A stretch of 62,160 nt of DNA from a bacterium (GTDB lineage Bacteria > Bacillota_I > Bacilli_A > RF39 > UBA660): assembly GCA_029007115.1 (NCBI GenBank), contig JAQXHG010000048.1, positions 1 to 62,160 on the forward strand, written 5' to 3'. Shown in pieces: positions 35,582 to 45,386 of this stretch. The position numbers and the translations under genes are program-made. The notes beneath the pieces are model-generated. The model searched no databases. It worked only from the letters and a program-made list of their open reading frames with translations, and had not been told where the DNA came from. Position 1 is the stretch's first letter, and every line of letters begins with the position of its first letter.

Positions 35582-38155
35582 ATGAACAATGATATATTAA
35601 AAAGGATACAAGATTATGCTCTCGAAGAAATAATGGGTGATAGATTTGGTAAGTATGCTAAAGAAATAATTTTAGATAGAGCAATACCAGATGTTAGAGA
35701 TGGATTAAAGCCTGTTCAAAGAAGAATCCTTTATGCAATGTATAAAGCAGGAAACACATGGGATAAAGGATATATTAAATGTGCAGCTACTGTTGGAGAT
35801 GTACTTGGTAAATTTCATCCACATGGGGATTCTTCAGTTTATGATGCGATGGTTAGAATGTCTCAATGGTGGAAACAAAATACAATACTTGTAGATATTC
35901 AAGGTAATAATGGATCTATGGATGGAGATTCTGCCGCCGCTTATCGTTATACAGAAGCAAGACTTGCTAAAATCAGTGGTGAATTATTAGGAGACTTAGA
36001 TAAAGAAACAGTTAAATGGGCACCTAATTTTGATGATAGATTTTTAGAGCCAACAGTTTTACCTGCTAAATTTCCAAATCTTCTAGTTAATGGTTCAAGT
36101 GGTATATCTGCAGGATATGCAACAAATATTCCACCGCATAACTTAGGAGAAGTAATAGATGCAACTATTAAAAGAATAGATAGTCCTAATTGTAGACTTG
36201 AAACTATTTTAGAAATAGTTAAGGGTCCAGATTTTCCAACAGGTGGTATAGTAGAAGGCAAAAAAGGAATAATAGATGCATTTACTACCGGCCGTGGTAA
36301 AGTAATTGTTAAAAGTAAAACTGAATTTAAAAAAGAAAAAGGAAAAGAACAAATTATAGTTCATGAAATACCTTTTGAAGTAAATAAAGCATTACTTGTA
36401 CAAAAAATAGATGCTCTTAGAATAGATAAAAAAATAGAAGGTATTGCTGAGGTAAGAGATGAGACTGATAGAGAAGGCTTAAGAATAGCAATTGATCTTA
36501 AAGCTGGAGCAAATAAAGAATTAATTTTAAATTATTTACTTAAAAATACTGATTTACAAGTATCATATAACTATAATATGGTTACTATTGTAAATAGAAC
36601 TCCAAAGACATTAGGAATTATACCAATATTAGATGCTTATATTGCACATTTAAAAGAGGTAATAATTAATAGAACAACATTTGAACTTTCTGCATATAAA
36701 AAAGAATATAATATAGTATCAGGTTTAATAAAAGCTATATCAATATTAGATGAAGTTATTTCAACAATTAGAGCAAGTAAAAATAAATCAGATGCTAAAG
36801 TTAATTTAGTAGAAAAATATCAATTTACTTTAGAACAAGCAGAAGCAATCGTAACATTACAATTATATAAATTAACTAATACTGACATTGTAGTTTTAGA
36901 AGAGAGAAGTGAATCTTTAAAAGAATTAATCAAAGAATGTGAAAAAATATTAAGTAGTGAAGATGAACTTAAGAATGTTATGAAAAGTGAACTTCGTGAT
37001 ATTAAAAAGAAATATGCAGAACCTAGAAAAACAGAAATTAAAGATGAAATAAGTGAAATCATAATAGATGAATTAGATATGGTTAGTAAGGATGATTTTG
37101 TTGTATGTATATCTAGTGCTGGTTATGTTAAAAAACATTCTCTTAAAGTAATGAGTTCAAATGAAAATGAATATCCTATTGTTAAAGAAGGAGATTATAT
37201 TGAAGGGTTCTATAAAGTTAATAATATAGATACAATACTTTTATTTACTAATCTAGGAAATTATTTATATTTACCAGTAAGAGAAATAAGTGAAACTAAA
37301 TTTAAAGATGTAGGAACTCATATTTCAAGTTTAATTAAGGTTAGTGATGGTGAAAAGATTGTTCAATCTATTGCTGTTAATAAATTTGATGATTCAATTA
37401 TTACTGCATTTACTAAAAATGGTATGGTTAAAAGAATGACTTTAAGTTCATTTGAAGTAAGTCGTTATACTAAACCGATAATGATGTTTAAATTAAAAGA
37501 TGAAGATGAATTAATTTCTGTTAGTAGATATCAAGGTAAAAATGCTTTAGTAGTAACTAACGATGGATATGCTCTTAAATATAGTGTAGAAGAAATACCA
37601 GTTGTTGGTATTAGAGCAAGTGGTGTAAAAGCAATTAAATTAAATGCAAAAGCAAGTGTTGTAAATGGATTTGTTATTAATGATAATAAAGAATATGTTA
37701 CTATATTTACTGATAAAAATACTGCTAAGAGAATGAAGTGTGATGATATAGAGGTATCTACTAGAGCAAAAAAAGGAATGCTTATAATTAAAAGCCCTAA
37801 ATCCAAAACATATAGCATAATAAAAGCATTTAATACAAGTAGTAAGAGTATATTTGGAATAATAGATGGAGTTATTGGATACTTAAAATCAAGTGATATT
37901 AATATTCTTGATAAAGCAAGTACTGGTAGTACATTTACTAAAAAGAATGTTGATAATATATTTGTACTTTCTAAGTTAATTGATACTACTAATCAAAAAA
38001 GTGAAATAGTTGAATTAAAAGAAAAAACTATTAGTGAAGAGAGTTCTCAAGAAGATGAAAAAATAAATAAAACATCTAAAAAAGAGGAAAAGAAAGAAAT
38101 TAAACAAGAAAGACAATTAACTATGAGTGATTTTTTTGAAGAATTTAAACTGTAA
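35582..38155 (+). CDS. parC: DNA topoisomerase IV subunit A
   Basis: The N-terminus EEIMGDRFGKYAKEIILDRAIPDVRDGLKPVQRRILYAM is ParC-type (GDRFG.Y, PVQRR). The catalytic region AAYRYTE is present, and I can see no GyrA-box (QRRGGKG) in the C-terminal domain. Confidence 0.8.
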   Translation: MNNDILKRIQDYALEEIMGDRFGKYAKEIILDRAIPDVRDGLKPVQRRILYAMYKAGNTWDKGYIKCAATVGDVLGKFHPHGDSSVYDAMVRMSQWWKQNTILVDIQGNNGSMDGDSAAAYRYTEARLAKISGELLGDLDKETVKWAPNFDDRFLEPTVLPAKFPNLLVNGSSGISAGYATNIPPHNLGEVIDATIKRIDSPNCRLETILEIVKGPDFPTGGIVEGKKGIIDAFTTGRGKVIVKSKTEFKKEKGKEQIIVHEIPFEVNKALLVQKIDALRIDKKIEGIAEVRDETDREGLRIAIDLKAGANKELILNYLLKNTDLQVSYNYNMVTIVNRTPKTLGIIPILDAYIAHLKEVIINRTTFELSAYKKEYNIVSGLIKAISILDEVISTIRASKNKSDAKVNLVEKYQFTLEQAEAIVTLQLYKLTNTDIVVLEERSESLKELIKECEKILSSEDELKNVMKSELRDIKKKYAEPRKTEIKDEISEIIIDELDMVSKDDFVVCISSAGYVKKHSLKVMSSNENEYPIVKEGDYIEGFYKVNNIDTILLFTNLGNYLYLPVREISETKFKDVGTHISSLIKVSDGEKIVQSIAVNKFDDSIITAFTKNGMVKRMTLSSFEVSRYTKPIMMFKLKDEDELISVSRYQGKNALVVTNDGYALKYSVEEIPVVGIRASGVKAIKLNAKASVVNGFVINDNKEYVTIFTDKNTAKRMKCDDIEVSTRAKKGMLIIKSPKSKTYSIIKAFNTSSKSIFGIIDGVIGYLKSSDINILDKASTGSTFTKKNVDNIFVLSKLIDTTNQKSEIVELKEKTISEESSQEDEKINKTSKKEEKKEIKQERQLTMSDFFEEFKL

Positions 38156-38160
38156 AAAAA

Positions 38161-38187
38161 GCGTTTCAAAATTGAAACCTTTTTTTT
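38161..38187 (+). terminator. Rho-independent terminator after parC
   Basis: GTTTCAA / TTGAAAC stem followed by T8. Confidence 0.7.
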
Positions 38188-38219
38188 GTTATGTTAAAAT
38201 ACAAAGGGAAGATGATAAT

Positions 38220-39716
38220 ATGAATAAAAAGATATATATTTTATTAATAGGTATAATAATTATGTTTAACTCTATAATTGTAAAAGCTGATGTAACAGCT
38301 CCTTTAATTGATGTTAATTATAATAATGTTTATAAAGGTGATGTATTAGATTTAAAGATTGGGTTTGATTATAAATGGTTTGATGGAATAGTTAAACATG
38401 ATGAAAATTATGACTACATAGAGGGTGAAGAGTATTCTTATAAAGCACAAGAATTTGCTATAAAATATGATCCTTTAATATTTGATATTAATCTTGATAG
38501 TATGATTTTTGAAGATGAAGATTATTATTTTATTGATTATGATGAATATAATGATGGTAGTAATACATTTATAATTTTTAATTTAGATATTAAAAGAGAT
38601 TTTCATGATGCAGATTATGATGGATCATATGATGGTAAAATTGATGATTTAGTTTTTTCAAATATAAAATTGAAAGTAAAAGATGATGTAGAATTAGGTA
38701 AATATTTTATAGAAACGGGTTATTATAATTTAGATGAGAAAGAATTATTTCATAATGAAAAATATCCAATAACAATAATAAATCATGAAGAAAATGAGAA
38801 CACTATTTCTAATATATCTTTTTATACTTATATGTTTGAACCTAAGGAATCAGAAAAATATATATTAAATATTGAACCTAATAAATATAATTATGAAATA
38901 CGATTATTTAAAAAAAATAATAATTTAGATATTTACACAAAGTGTAATAGTAAATGCAAAATAAGTGGTATAGGGTCAGACTTTTATAATTTAATAGAAG
39001 AAGTTAAATTAGATGATAATAATGAATATATTAATTATATTATAGATGTGGAATATGAGGATGGAACAAAAGAAAAATATATAATACATGATTATTATTC
39101 TAGGTCAACATTATATTCTTGTCCATGGACTAATGATTTACATTCAGAAGCAATTGTTATAATAGGTCATTCATCATATGCAAGTCAAATAAGTAATTAT
39201 GTAGAAAAGTTTAATCAATATATAAGTAATACATATTTATTGCCTGTTAATTATTATGAATTTGATACATTGAATGATGTTGATAGAGAAATAATTTTAT
39301 TATTAAAAGAGGGTATAGATGTATCAACAAAACCATATATAGCTTATTTAGAAGAAAAAAAAATTGTTTATGAATATTCTGATTTTATTAATAATGATAG
39401 TGACTTTGAATTAATTGTAAATAAGGGAAATAATAATTCTCAAAATCAAGAGAATAATGAACAAGAAGAAGATAATAATACAAAAGAAGAAAAAAATACA
39501 ATATATGATTTTATTTCAAAAAATCTTAAATCAATTATAATAACAAGTATACTTTTAATATTAATACTTATTATAATTATAATTTCAATAAAAAATAAAA
39601 AATTAAAAAATAAGTTAAAGCAAAATAATTCTAATAATAAAACTATAGAAGAGTCATCAAATAATATAGTTCAACCTCAAGAAGAACAATTAAAAAAAAC
39701 AAATGAAAATACTTAG
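38220..39716 (+). CDS. Secreted surface protein with a signal peptide and C-terminal TM anchor, function unknown
   Basis: Start moved to ATG 38220 because the ORF-track extension crosses the parC terminator. Signal peptide ..IIMFNSIIVKA|D and a C-terminal helix IIITSILLILILIIIIISI + KNKK. A possible cohesin/cadherin-like beta-sandwich N-terminal part is a guess only. Confidence 0.55.
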   Translation: MNKKIYILLIGIIIMFNSIIVKADVTAPLIDVNYNNVYKGDVLDLKIGFDYKWFDGIVKHDENYDYIEGEEYSYKAQEFAIKYDPLIFDINLDSMIFEDEDYYFIDYDEYNDGSNTFIIFNLDIKRDFHDADYDGSYDGKIDDLVFSNIKLKVKDDVELGKYFIETGYYNLDEKELFHNEKYPITIINHEENENTISNISFYTYMFEPKESEKYILNIEPNKYNYEIRLFKKNNNLDIYTKCNSKCKISGIGSDFYNLIEEVKLDDNNEYINYIIDVEYEDGTKEKYIIHDYYSRSTLYSCPWTNDLHSEAIVIIGHSSYASQISNYVEKFNQYISNTYLLPVNYYEFDTLNDVDREIILLLKEGIDVSTKPYIAYLEEKKIVYEYSDFINNDSDFELIVNKGNNNSQNQENNEQEEDNNTKEEKNTIYDFISKNLKSIIITSILLILILIIIIISIKNKKLKNKLKQNNSNNKTIEESSNNIVQPQEEQLKKTNENT

Positions 39717-39738
39717 GAAGAAAAATCCTAAGTTTTTT
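39712..39738 (+). terminator. Rho-independent terminator
   Basis: CTTAGGA-loop-TCCTAAG followed by T6. Confidence 0.75.
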
Positions 39739-39739
39739 A

Positions 39740-39768
39740 TTGACTAAGATAAATAATTATGATAATAT
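39740..39768 (+). promoter_or_regulatory. Promoter of tRNA-His
   Basis: TTGACT (39740-39745), 17-bp spacer, TG-a-TAATAT (39760-39768). Confidence 0.6.
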
Positions 39769-39785
39769 TAATTACGAATTGAAAT

Positions 39786-39862
39786 GGCGGAATTGGTGAA
39801 GTGGTTAACACGGCGGATTGTGGTCCCGTTATGCAAGGGTTCGATTCCCTTATTCCGCCCCA
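39786..39862 (+). tRNA. tRNA-His (GTG) with an encoded G-1
   Basis: An extra 5' G pairs with C73, the bacterial His identity element. Anticodon loop TTGTGGT. The anticodon stem has an A31 x C39 mismatch. Encoded CCA. Confidence 0.85.
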
Positions 39863-39873
39863 TATGAAATGAT

Positions 39874-39893
39874 CTCGAATTTTTTCGAGTTTT
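39874..39893 (+). terminator. Rho-independent terminator
   Basis: CTCGAA-TTTT-TTCGAG followed by TTTT. Confidence 0.7.
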
Positions 39894-39977
39894 ATAGAAA
39901 GCTAATCTGTTTTGATTAGTTTTTTAATTATAAATACTTTTACATTATAATATATAAAGTTAATTGAGGTGATTATA

Positions 39978-40090
39978 ATGAAGATTTCTACTAAAGGAAG
40001 ATATGCTTGAGGATTATGGTAGATATAGTTAAAAATAGTAATGATGATTTTGTATCAATTAGTAGCATTTCAGAAAGACAAAATATTTAA
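39978..40090 (+). pseudogene. Remnant of an Rrf2-family (IscR/CymR-like) regulator: frameshifted and truncated after about 37 codons
   Basis: GAGGTGA RBS + ATG gives MKISTKGRYA, then TGA. Shifting by one base restores LRIMVDIVKNSNDDFVSISSISERQNI, the Rrf2 wHTH N-terminus. A TAA follows and no further similarity is seen. Confidence 0.7.
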
Positions 40091-40178
40091 GAAATTGATA
40101 CTATATACATTTATTTTACATATTTTTTTGATAAATTTTTATGTATTTGTTATCATTTTTAGTGTAAGAGAGGTAATT

Positions 40179-41990
40179 ATGAAAGAAGAACTAATAGAAC
40201 TAAGAAATAAAATTATCGGATTAAAAAAAGAGCCAACTGGTTATCCTAGTATTGATAAGACTCATGAAGAAGGGTATTCTTATTTTAAGCTTCATCCAAT
40301 TATACCAAATCTAAGTATAGCTAATGCAGTTGATTTAATAAATTTGTTTAATGGAAATCAAGATGCTGTTGATAGTATATATTTATCAGTAAACTATAGA
40401 GAACTACAAAAGAATAGTGATATTCTTGCTAAATCCTTTAAAGAATTAGGAGTAAGAGCAGGTGATATAGTAACTGTTTGTATGGATAATACATATCAAG
40501 CAATATTAGTTTTTTTAGCAGCCAATAAAATAGGAGCGATTACTACATTTTTAAATTATAGGGAATCTAAACATGAAATTAAAAATTATTTAAATTTATT
40601 TGAGTCACCTATATTAGTTAATTTTAATAAAGATAGTGAATATAACGAAGAAATAAAAAGGGATACTAAAGTTAGAAATATTATTACATTAGATGAGAAA
40701 GATTTATATACTAAAGATTTTAATGAAAAAGATAATACTAAATTATATGGTTATAGTGACTTTATTACATTTAATGATTTAGGAATAATATCTAGTTTTC
40801 AAAAAGGTCCAATTAATAAATTATATGGAAAAAATCGTGATGCTTTATTGTTATATACTAGTGGATCTAGTGGTAATCCTAAAACAGTAGTATTAACAAA
40901 TGAAAATGTTCTTGCTAATGGCATATATTGTAAATCAACAATTAATTTACCACAAGATAAAAATGAGAGATGTCTATCATTTGTTCCTTTTAAATATCCA
41001 TATGGTTTTGCTACATCTGTGCTTTTAACCTTTCTTTGTGGAAGAACTGTTGTAGTTTTACCAGAGGGGTTAACTAGAGAAAATGCTAAAGATGCATTAA
41101 AAAATATTAATTATTATTATGGAAGTCCTGCTTTAGTAGATGTACTTAAAAATACTGTTCCTGATGATGTTGATTTATCAAGTGGTCATACTTTTGTTAC
41201 AGGAGGAGATTTTTGGACTGAAAAAACAGAAAAGACAGCTAACGAGTTTTTTAAAAAACATAATAATGATAGAATGATTTATTGTAATGGCGCTGGTAAC
41301 GCAGAAACAGTAGCAACCTGGTCTAGTTCTGTTGGAACGCCAATAAAAAAAGGTACAGTTGGTAAAATACTTGTGGGAAGTGATCCTATTGTTGTTGATA
41401 GTGATACTATGCAAGAAGTAAAATATGGTGAAGAAGGAACCTTATTAATATCTGGTAAACATGTATTTAGAGAGTATTATAATAATCCAGAGTTAACTAA
41501 TAAAGAAATAGTAAATATTAATGGAAAAAGATATTATAATACAAGAACAATAGGTTCTTTAGATGAAGATAGATATTTTAAATTAACAGGTAGGGAATCA
41601 AGATTCTATATACTAAATGATGGTAATAAAGTGTATTGTGAAAAAATACAAAATTTTATATCACTAATTGATGTAGTAGAATCATGCGTTGTTGTACCAA
41701 AGCCAAATGATGAAACAAGATTTTCTGGTAAAGCATATATTGTATTAAAGAATGGAATAGATGCAAGTGATGAAGTTAAAAAATATATTATTGATGAGTG
41801 TAGTAAAGAATATATTCTTCAAAATGGAGAAAAAAAGAGTATTGCATCATTTGAAATCCCATCGGATATAGAATTTGTTGATAAGATACAACTTACTGAT
41901 GCAGATAAAATTGACTATTTATTTTATGAAAATGAAGCTAACAATGAATACGAAAAAGAAAAAAGTAAATCTTTAAAATTAAAAAAATAA
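40179..41990 (+). CDS. AMP-binding (class I adenylate-forming) enzyme, acyl-CoA-synthetase-like
   Basis: AGAGAGG lies upstream of ATG 40179. Has the AMP-binding motif LLYTSGSSGNPKTVVLTNENV, plus later GDF/GR motifs. The ORF-track N-terminal extension is the Rrf2 remnant read in another frame. Confidence 0.7.
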   Translation: MKEELIELRNKIIGLKKEPTGYPSIDKTHEEGYSYFKLHPIIPNLSIANAVDLINLFNGNQDAVDSIYLSVNYRELQKNSDILAKSFKELGVRAGDIVTVCMDNTYQAILVFLAANKIGAITTFLNYRESKHEIKNYLNLFESPILVNFNKDSEYNEEIKRDTKVRNIITLDEKDLYTKDFNEKDNTKLYGYSDFITFNDLGIISSFQKGPINKLYGKNRDALLLYTSGSSGNPKTVVLTNENVLANGIYCKSTINLPQDKNERCLSFVPFKYPYGFATSVLLTFLCGRTVVVLPEGLTRENAKDALKNINYYYGSPALVDVLKNTVPDDVDLSSGHTFVTGGDFWTEKTEKTANEFFKKHNNDRMIYCNGAGNAETVATWSSSVGTPIKKGTVGKILVGSDPIVVDSDTMQEVKYGEEGTLLISGKHVFREYYNNPELTNKEIVNINGKRYYNTRTIGSLDEDRYFKLTGRESRFYILNDGNKVYCEKIQNFISLIDVVESCVVVPKPNDETRFSGKAYIVLKNGIDASDEVKKYIIDECSKEYILQNGEKKSIASFEIPSDIEFVDKIQLTDADKIDYLFYENEANNEYEKEKSKSLKLKK

Positions 41991-42078
41991 GATTTAATTT
42001 TTCTTTTTTTATTTCATTTTTCTTGAATAAAATGTCTAATTTTGATATTATTATATAAATGATAAAGAGGTGGAAGAA

Positions 42079-43953
42079 ATGAATTTTACAATGGTATTAG
42101 TTTTTTGTTTAATATTATCAGCAATATTAGTTGTTTCATTCTTTGCAAGAAAACAAATATCATCTGATGAAACTAATATTTATTCAAAATTACTAATAAT
42201 AAATATGATTGGTATTATTCTTGAATTATCATTTACTTTTTTTAATAAATTTGAGTTTGGTGATGATTTAAAAAGAATACTTATGGACATGTATTTCATG
42301 TATTTACTTGGATTTATATCATATATTGGAATATATATATTTAAAGTTTGCTTTAATGATAAAAGTGATAAATTCCATAAAATTATACGTTATATCGTTT
42401 TAGGAATGTTTTTAATTTTTAGTGTATTAGTTTGTGTTTTACCAATAAAAATGTATGATGGATATTCTGTTGGTGCTGCGGCTAATACTGTATATATTTA
42501 TTCATTTGCATTTTTTATAGTAAGTGGTATAGCATTTTTTATGAATATTAGAACTGTTAATTATACTAAGATGTTACCTATGTTTTTACTTGCAATTGGA
42601 TCATCAATATTAACAGTTATTCAAAAGATAAATCCAGAGATTGTTATTATGACAGAGTGTCATTTCTTAATATTATTCATTATGTATCATACAGTTGAAA
42701 ACCCAGATGAAAAAGTAGTTAGAGTTGAAAAGCAAGCTAAATTAGAAGCAGAGAGAGCTAATCAAAGTAAGAGTGAATTTTTAGCTAGTATGTCTCATGA
42801 ACTTAGAACTCCTTTAAATGCTATTATTGGTCTTAGTGAAGATATTGAATCATATAAGGAAAGTGTTTCTGAAGAAATAAGAGAAGATAGTGCTGATATA
42901 GTTAATGCTTCTAATACATTACTTGAATTAATCGGAAATATTTTAGATATTAGTAAGATAGAAAGCGGTAAATTAGAAATTGTTAATACTTTTTATGATC
43001 CTAGAGAAGAAATTGAGTCATTAACTAAAATAATGAGAACTAAAGTAGCTGAAAAGCCAATTGAACTAATTGTTAACATTTCAAATAACATGCCAAGAGT
43101 TTTATATGGAGATAGATTAAGAATTAAACAAGTTATTAACAATTTTTTAAGTAATGCAATTAAATATACAGAAAAAGGAACTATTACATTAGATGCATTA
43201 TGGATAGATAAAGAAAAGAAAATATCATTTAAGGTAAGTGATACAGGAAATGGAATAAAGAAAGAAGATTTAGATAAAGTATTTGGTAAGTTTGAAAGAT
43301 TACAGGTAGAGAAAATAAGTGCTGTACAAGGTACTGGGCTTGGTCTTGCAATTACTAAGAATTTAGTTGAACTTATGAATGGAGAAATTGGAGTATATAG
43401 TATATATGGTCAAGGTACAACATTCTATGCTGTAATACCACAAGAAATAGGTGGAATTTCTGATCTTGCTAAATTGCAAGAAGAGTCTATAAATAAAGCA
43501 ACTGATTCTAATATCTTTAAGGGAAAGAGAATATTAATAGTTGATGATAATCAATTGAATATTAAAGTACTAAAAAAAGCAATTAAGTTATATGATTTTA
43601 TAATAGATGAATGTTATAATGGAAAAGAATGTCTAGATAAGATAAATGAAGGGAATACATATGATTTAATATTGCTTGATAATTTAATGCCTATAATGAA
43701 TGGTGAAGAGACTATAAAAGCACTTAAATCTAATCCTAATTTTAAGACACATGTTCTTGCGTTAACTGCTGATGCTATGACTGGAGCAAGAGAAAAATAT
43801 GTAAGTATGGGATTTGATGATTATTTAGCAAAACCATTTACAAGAGATACAATTATTCAAAAAATAGGTAATGTGTTTGATAATAATAGTTCATCTAGTA
43901 TTGGTATAGGACCTGTTGAAGCAATTATTAACCAGGATAGTAACAATCAATAA
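42079..43953 (+). CDS. Hybrid sensor histidine kinase / response regulator with a multi-TM sensor domain
   Basis: About 6 N-terminal TM helices, H-box SHELRTPLNAIIG, N/G boxes (NAIKYT, DTGNGI, GTGLGLAI), and a C-terminal REC domain (ILIVDDN...LLDNLMP...LTADA). AGAGGTGG lies upstream of ATG 42079. Confidence 0.85.
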   Translation: MNFTMVLVFCLILSAILVVSFFARKQISSDETNIYSKLLIINMIGIILELSFTFFNKFEFGDDLKRILMDMYFMYLLGFISYIGIYIFKVCFNDKSDKFHKIIRYIVLGMFLIFSVLVCVLPIKMYDGYSVGAAANTVYIYSFAFFIVSGIAFFMNIRTVNYTKMLPMFLLAIGSSILTVIQKINPEIVIMTECHFLILFIMYHTVENPDEKVVRVEKQAKLEAERANQSKSEFLASMSHELRTPLNAIIGLSEDIESYKESVSEEIREDSADIVNASNTLLELIGNILDISKIESGKLEIVNTFYDPREEIESLTKIMRTKVAEKPIELIVNISNNMPRVLYGDRLRIKQVINNFLSNAIKYTEKGTITLDALWIDKEKKISFKVSDTGNGIKKEDLDKVFGKFERLQVEKISAVQGTGLGLAITKNLVELMNGEIGVYSIYGQGTTFYAVIPQEIGGISDLAKLQEESINKATDSNIFKGKRILIVDDNQLNIKVLKKAIKLYDFIIDECYNGKECLDKINEGNTYDLILLDNLMPIMNGEETIKALKSNPNFKTHVLALTADAMTGAREKYVSMGFDDYLAKPFTRDTIIQKIGNVFDNNSSSSIGIGPVEAIINQDSNNQ

Positions 43954-43973
43954 TTTAAATAGAATATGAATTA

Positions 43974-44000
43974 AAAACATGAATTAATTTCATGTTTTTT
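43974..44000 (+). terminator. Rho-independent terminator
   Basis: AAAACATGAA-loop-TTCATGTTTT. Confidence 0.8.
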
Positions 44001-44014
44001 ATATACAATTTAGT

Positions 44015-44230
44015 ATGAAGAATAATGATTATGAAATAAATATATATAAAGATTTAATACATATAAAAAATTATAATAAAATTAAAGATATTAACATTAA
44101 ATACATAGTTATTGAATTAAATATCAAAATAATAAAAATTAATGGAAATAATTTAATAATTAATAAATTAGATGAGCATGAACTAAGTATTATTGGTGAA
44201 TTTAAGGGAATAGAATTAATAGATGAATGA
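44015..44230 (+). CDS. yqfC: YabP/YqfC-family sporulation protein
   Basis: Small protein immediately upstream of and overlapping yqfD, with the I.I.G..L.I..L......I.G.i..ie pattern. Assignment rests mainly on conserved position. Confidence 0.55.
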   Translation: MKNNDYEINIYKDLIHIKNYNKIKDINIKYIVIELNIKIIKINGNNLIINKLDEHELSIIGEFKGIELIDE

Positions 44231-45386
44231 TTTAGTTCTAATAAAAGTTGATACAAATTCCAATAGATTTATTAATTATTTGGTTTACCATGATATAAAG
44301 TATTCTTCATTAAAAAAAGATGATATATCATATACATTAATTGTTAAGTACGAAGATTATAAAAAGATTAATAGAAGATACTCATCTAATATAATTAAAT
44401 ATTATGGTGTAAAATATTATAAAAATATTTTAATTACTCATAAATACATTATTATATCTTTTGCAATAGGTTTATTATTATTACTTCTACTTACTAATAC
44501 AATATTTGACATACAAATAAATACAGATGATGTTGAATTAAAAAATAAGATAATCAGAATACTTAAAAAATATGATATATATGTTTATAAAAGAAAAAAA
44601 AGTTTTAATGAATTAGAAATAATAAAAGAAAAAATATTATATGATAATGATGATATTTTAGAATGGATTGAAATAAGTAATAAAGGTTGTAAATATATTG
44701 TCAATTTAACTCCAAAAATTACAAGTGATAAAAAAGAAGATGATTCTCTTGGAGATATAATTGCACAAAAAGAGGGCGTTATTAAACATATAATTGTCCA
44801 TAGTGGTACAAAAGTGAGAGAAGAAAATGAATATGTTAAAAAAGGGGATATATTAATTAGTGGTAATATACTAAAGAATGATGAAGTAATAAACCAAGTG
44901 AAAGCTAAAGGTGAAGTATATGCAGAAGTTTGGTATCTTGTTAAAGTAAATATTCCTTTTAATTATACTGATAGGGTTAAAACTGGAAAAGTTGTTAATC
45001 ATTATTATATTGAACTTTTTAATAAAAAATTTACAATATTAGGTAAGTATGATAGTGAAAATACTATGAATGAAAAAAAACTTCTTGTTGATAAACCATA
45101 TTTAAAATTTAAGCTTTATAAAGAAAAGAAAATAGAATATGATTATAAGGAGTTTAAACTAACACAAGAAGAAGCTTATAATGAAGGCCTTAAAAGAAGT
45201 GAAGAATATATTAAAAATACTCTTTCTAGTGATGAATATATTATTTCTAAAAATGTTTTGAAAAAAGAGGTAAATAGTAGTAAAATGTATTTAGAAGTAT
45301 TTTATAAAGTTTATGAAAGTATTGGGGTTACTTCTAAGATTAAAGAAATAGAAAAGGAAGAGTTAAATGAGGAATACAGTAATTGA
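44223..45386 (+). CDS. yqfD: Sporulation protein YqfD
   Basis: About 390 aa with a single central TM (YIIISFAIGLLLLLLLTNTIF) and the block A.K.G.I..I.v..G...V..G..V.KGD.LISG. Conserved position before ybeY/dgkA/cdd/era. Confidence 0.65.
   Translation: MNDLVLIKVDTNSNRFINYLVYHDIKYSSLKKDDISYTLIVKYEDYKKINRRYSSNIIKYYGVKYYKNILITHKYIIISFAIGLLLLLLLTNTIFDIQINTDDVELKNKIIRILKKYDIYVYKRKKSFNELEIIKEKILYDNDDILEWIEISNKGCKYIVNLTPKITSDKKEDDSLGDIIAQKEGVIKHIIVHSGTKVREENEYVKKGDILISGNILKNDEVINQVKAKGEVYAEVWYLVKVNIPFNYTDRVKTGKVVNHYYIELFNKKFTILGKYDSENTMNEKKLLVDKPYLKFKLYKEKKIEYDYKEFKLTQEEAYNEGLKRSEEYIKNTLSSDEYIISKNVLKKEVNSSKMYLEVFYKVYESIGVTSKIKEIEKEELNEEYSN

Noticed and set aside
33670-38155. Alternative call of gyrB/gyrA instead of parE/parC.
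   Set aside because: The A subunit has the ParC-type N-terminus (GDRFGKY..., PVQRR rather than PVHRR) and I cannot find a GyrA-box in the C-terminal domain. There is also no dnaA/dnaN/recF context. Some uncertainty remains without a phylogeny.
38127-38219. ORF-track N-terminal extension of the 38.2-kb surface protein, overlapping the end of parC.
   Set aside because: The extension runs through the parC terminator hairpin and T8 tract. A signal-peptide-bearing start with an RBS exists at 38220.
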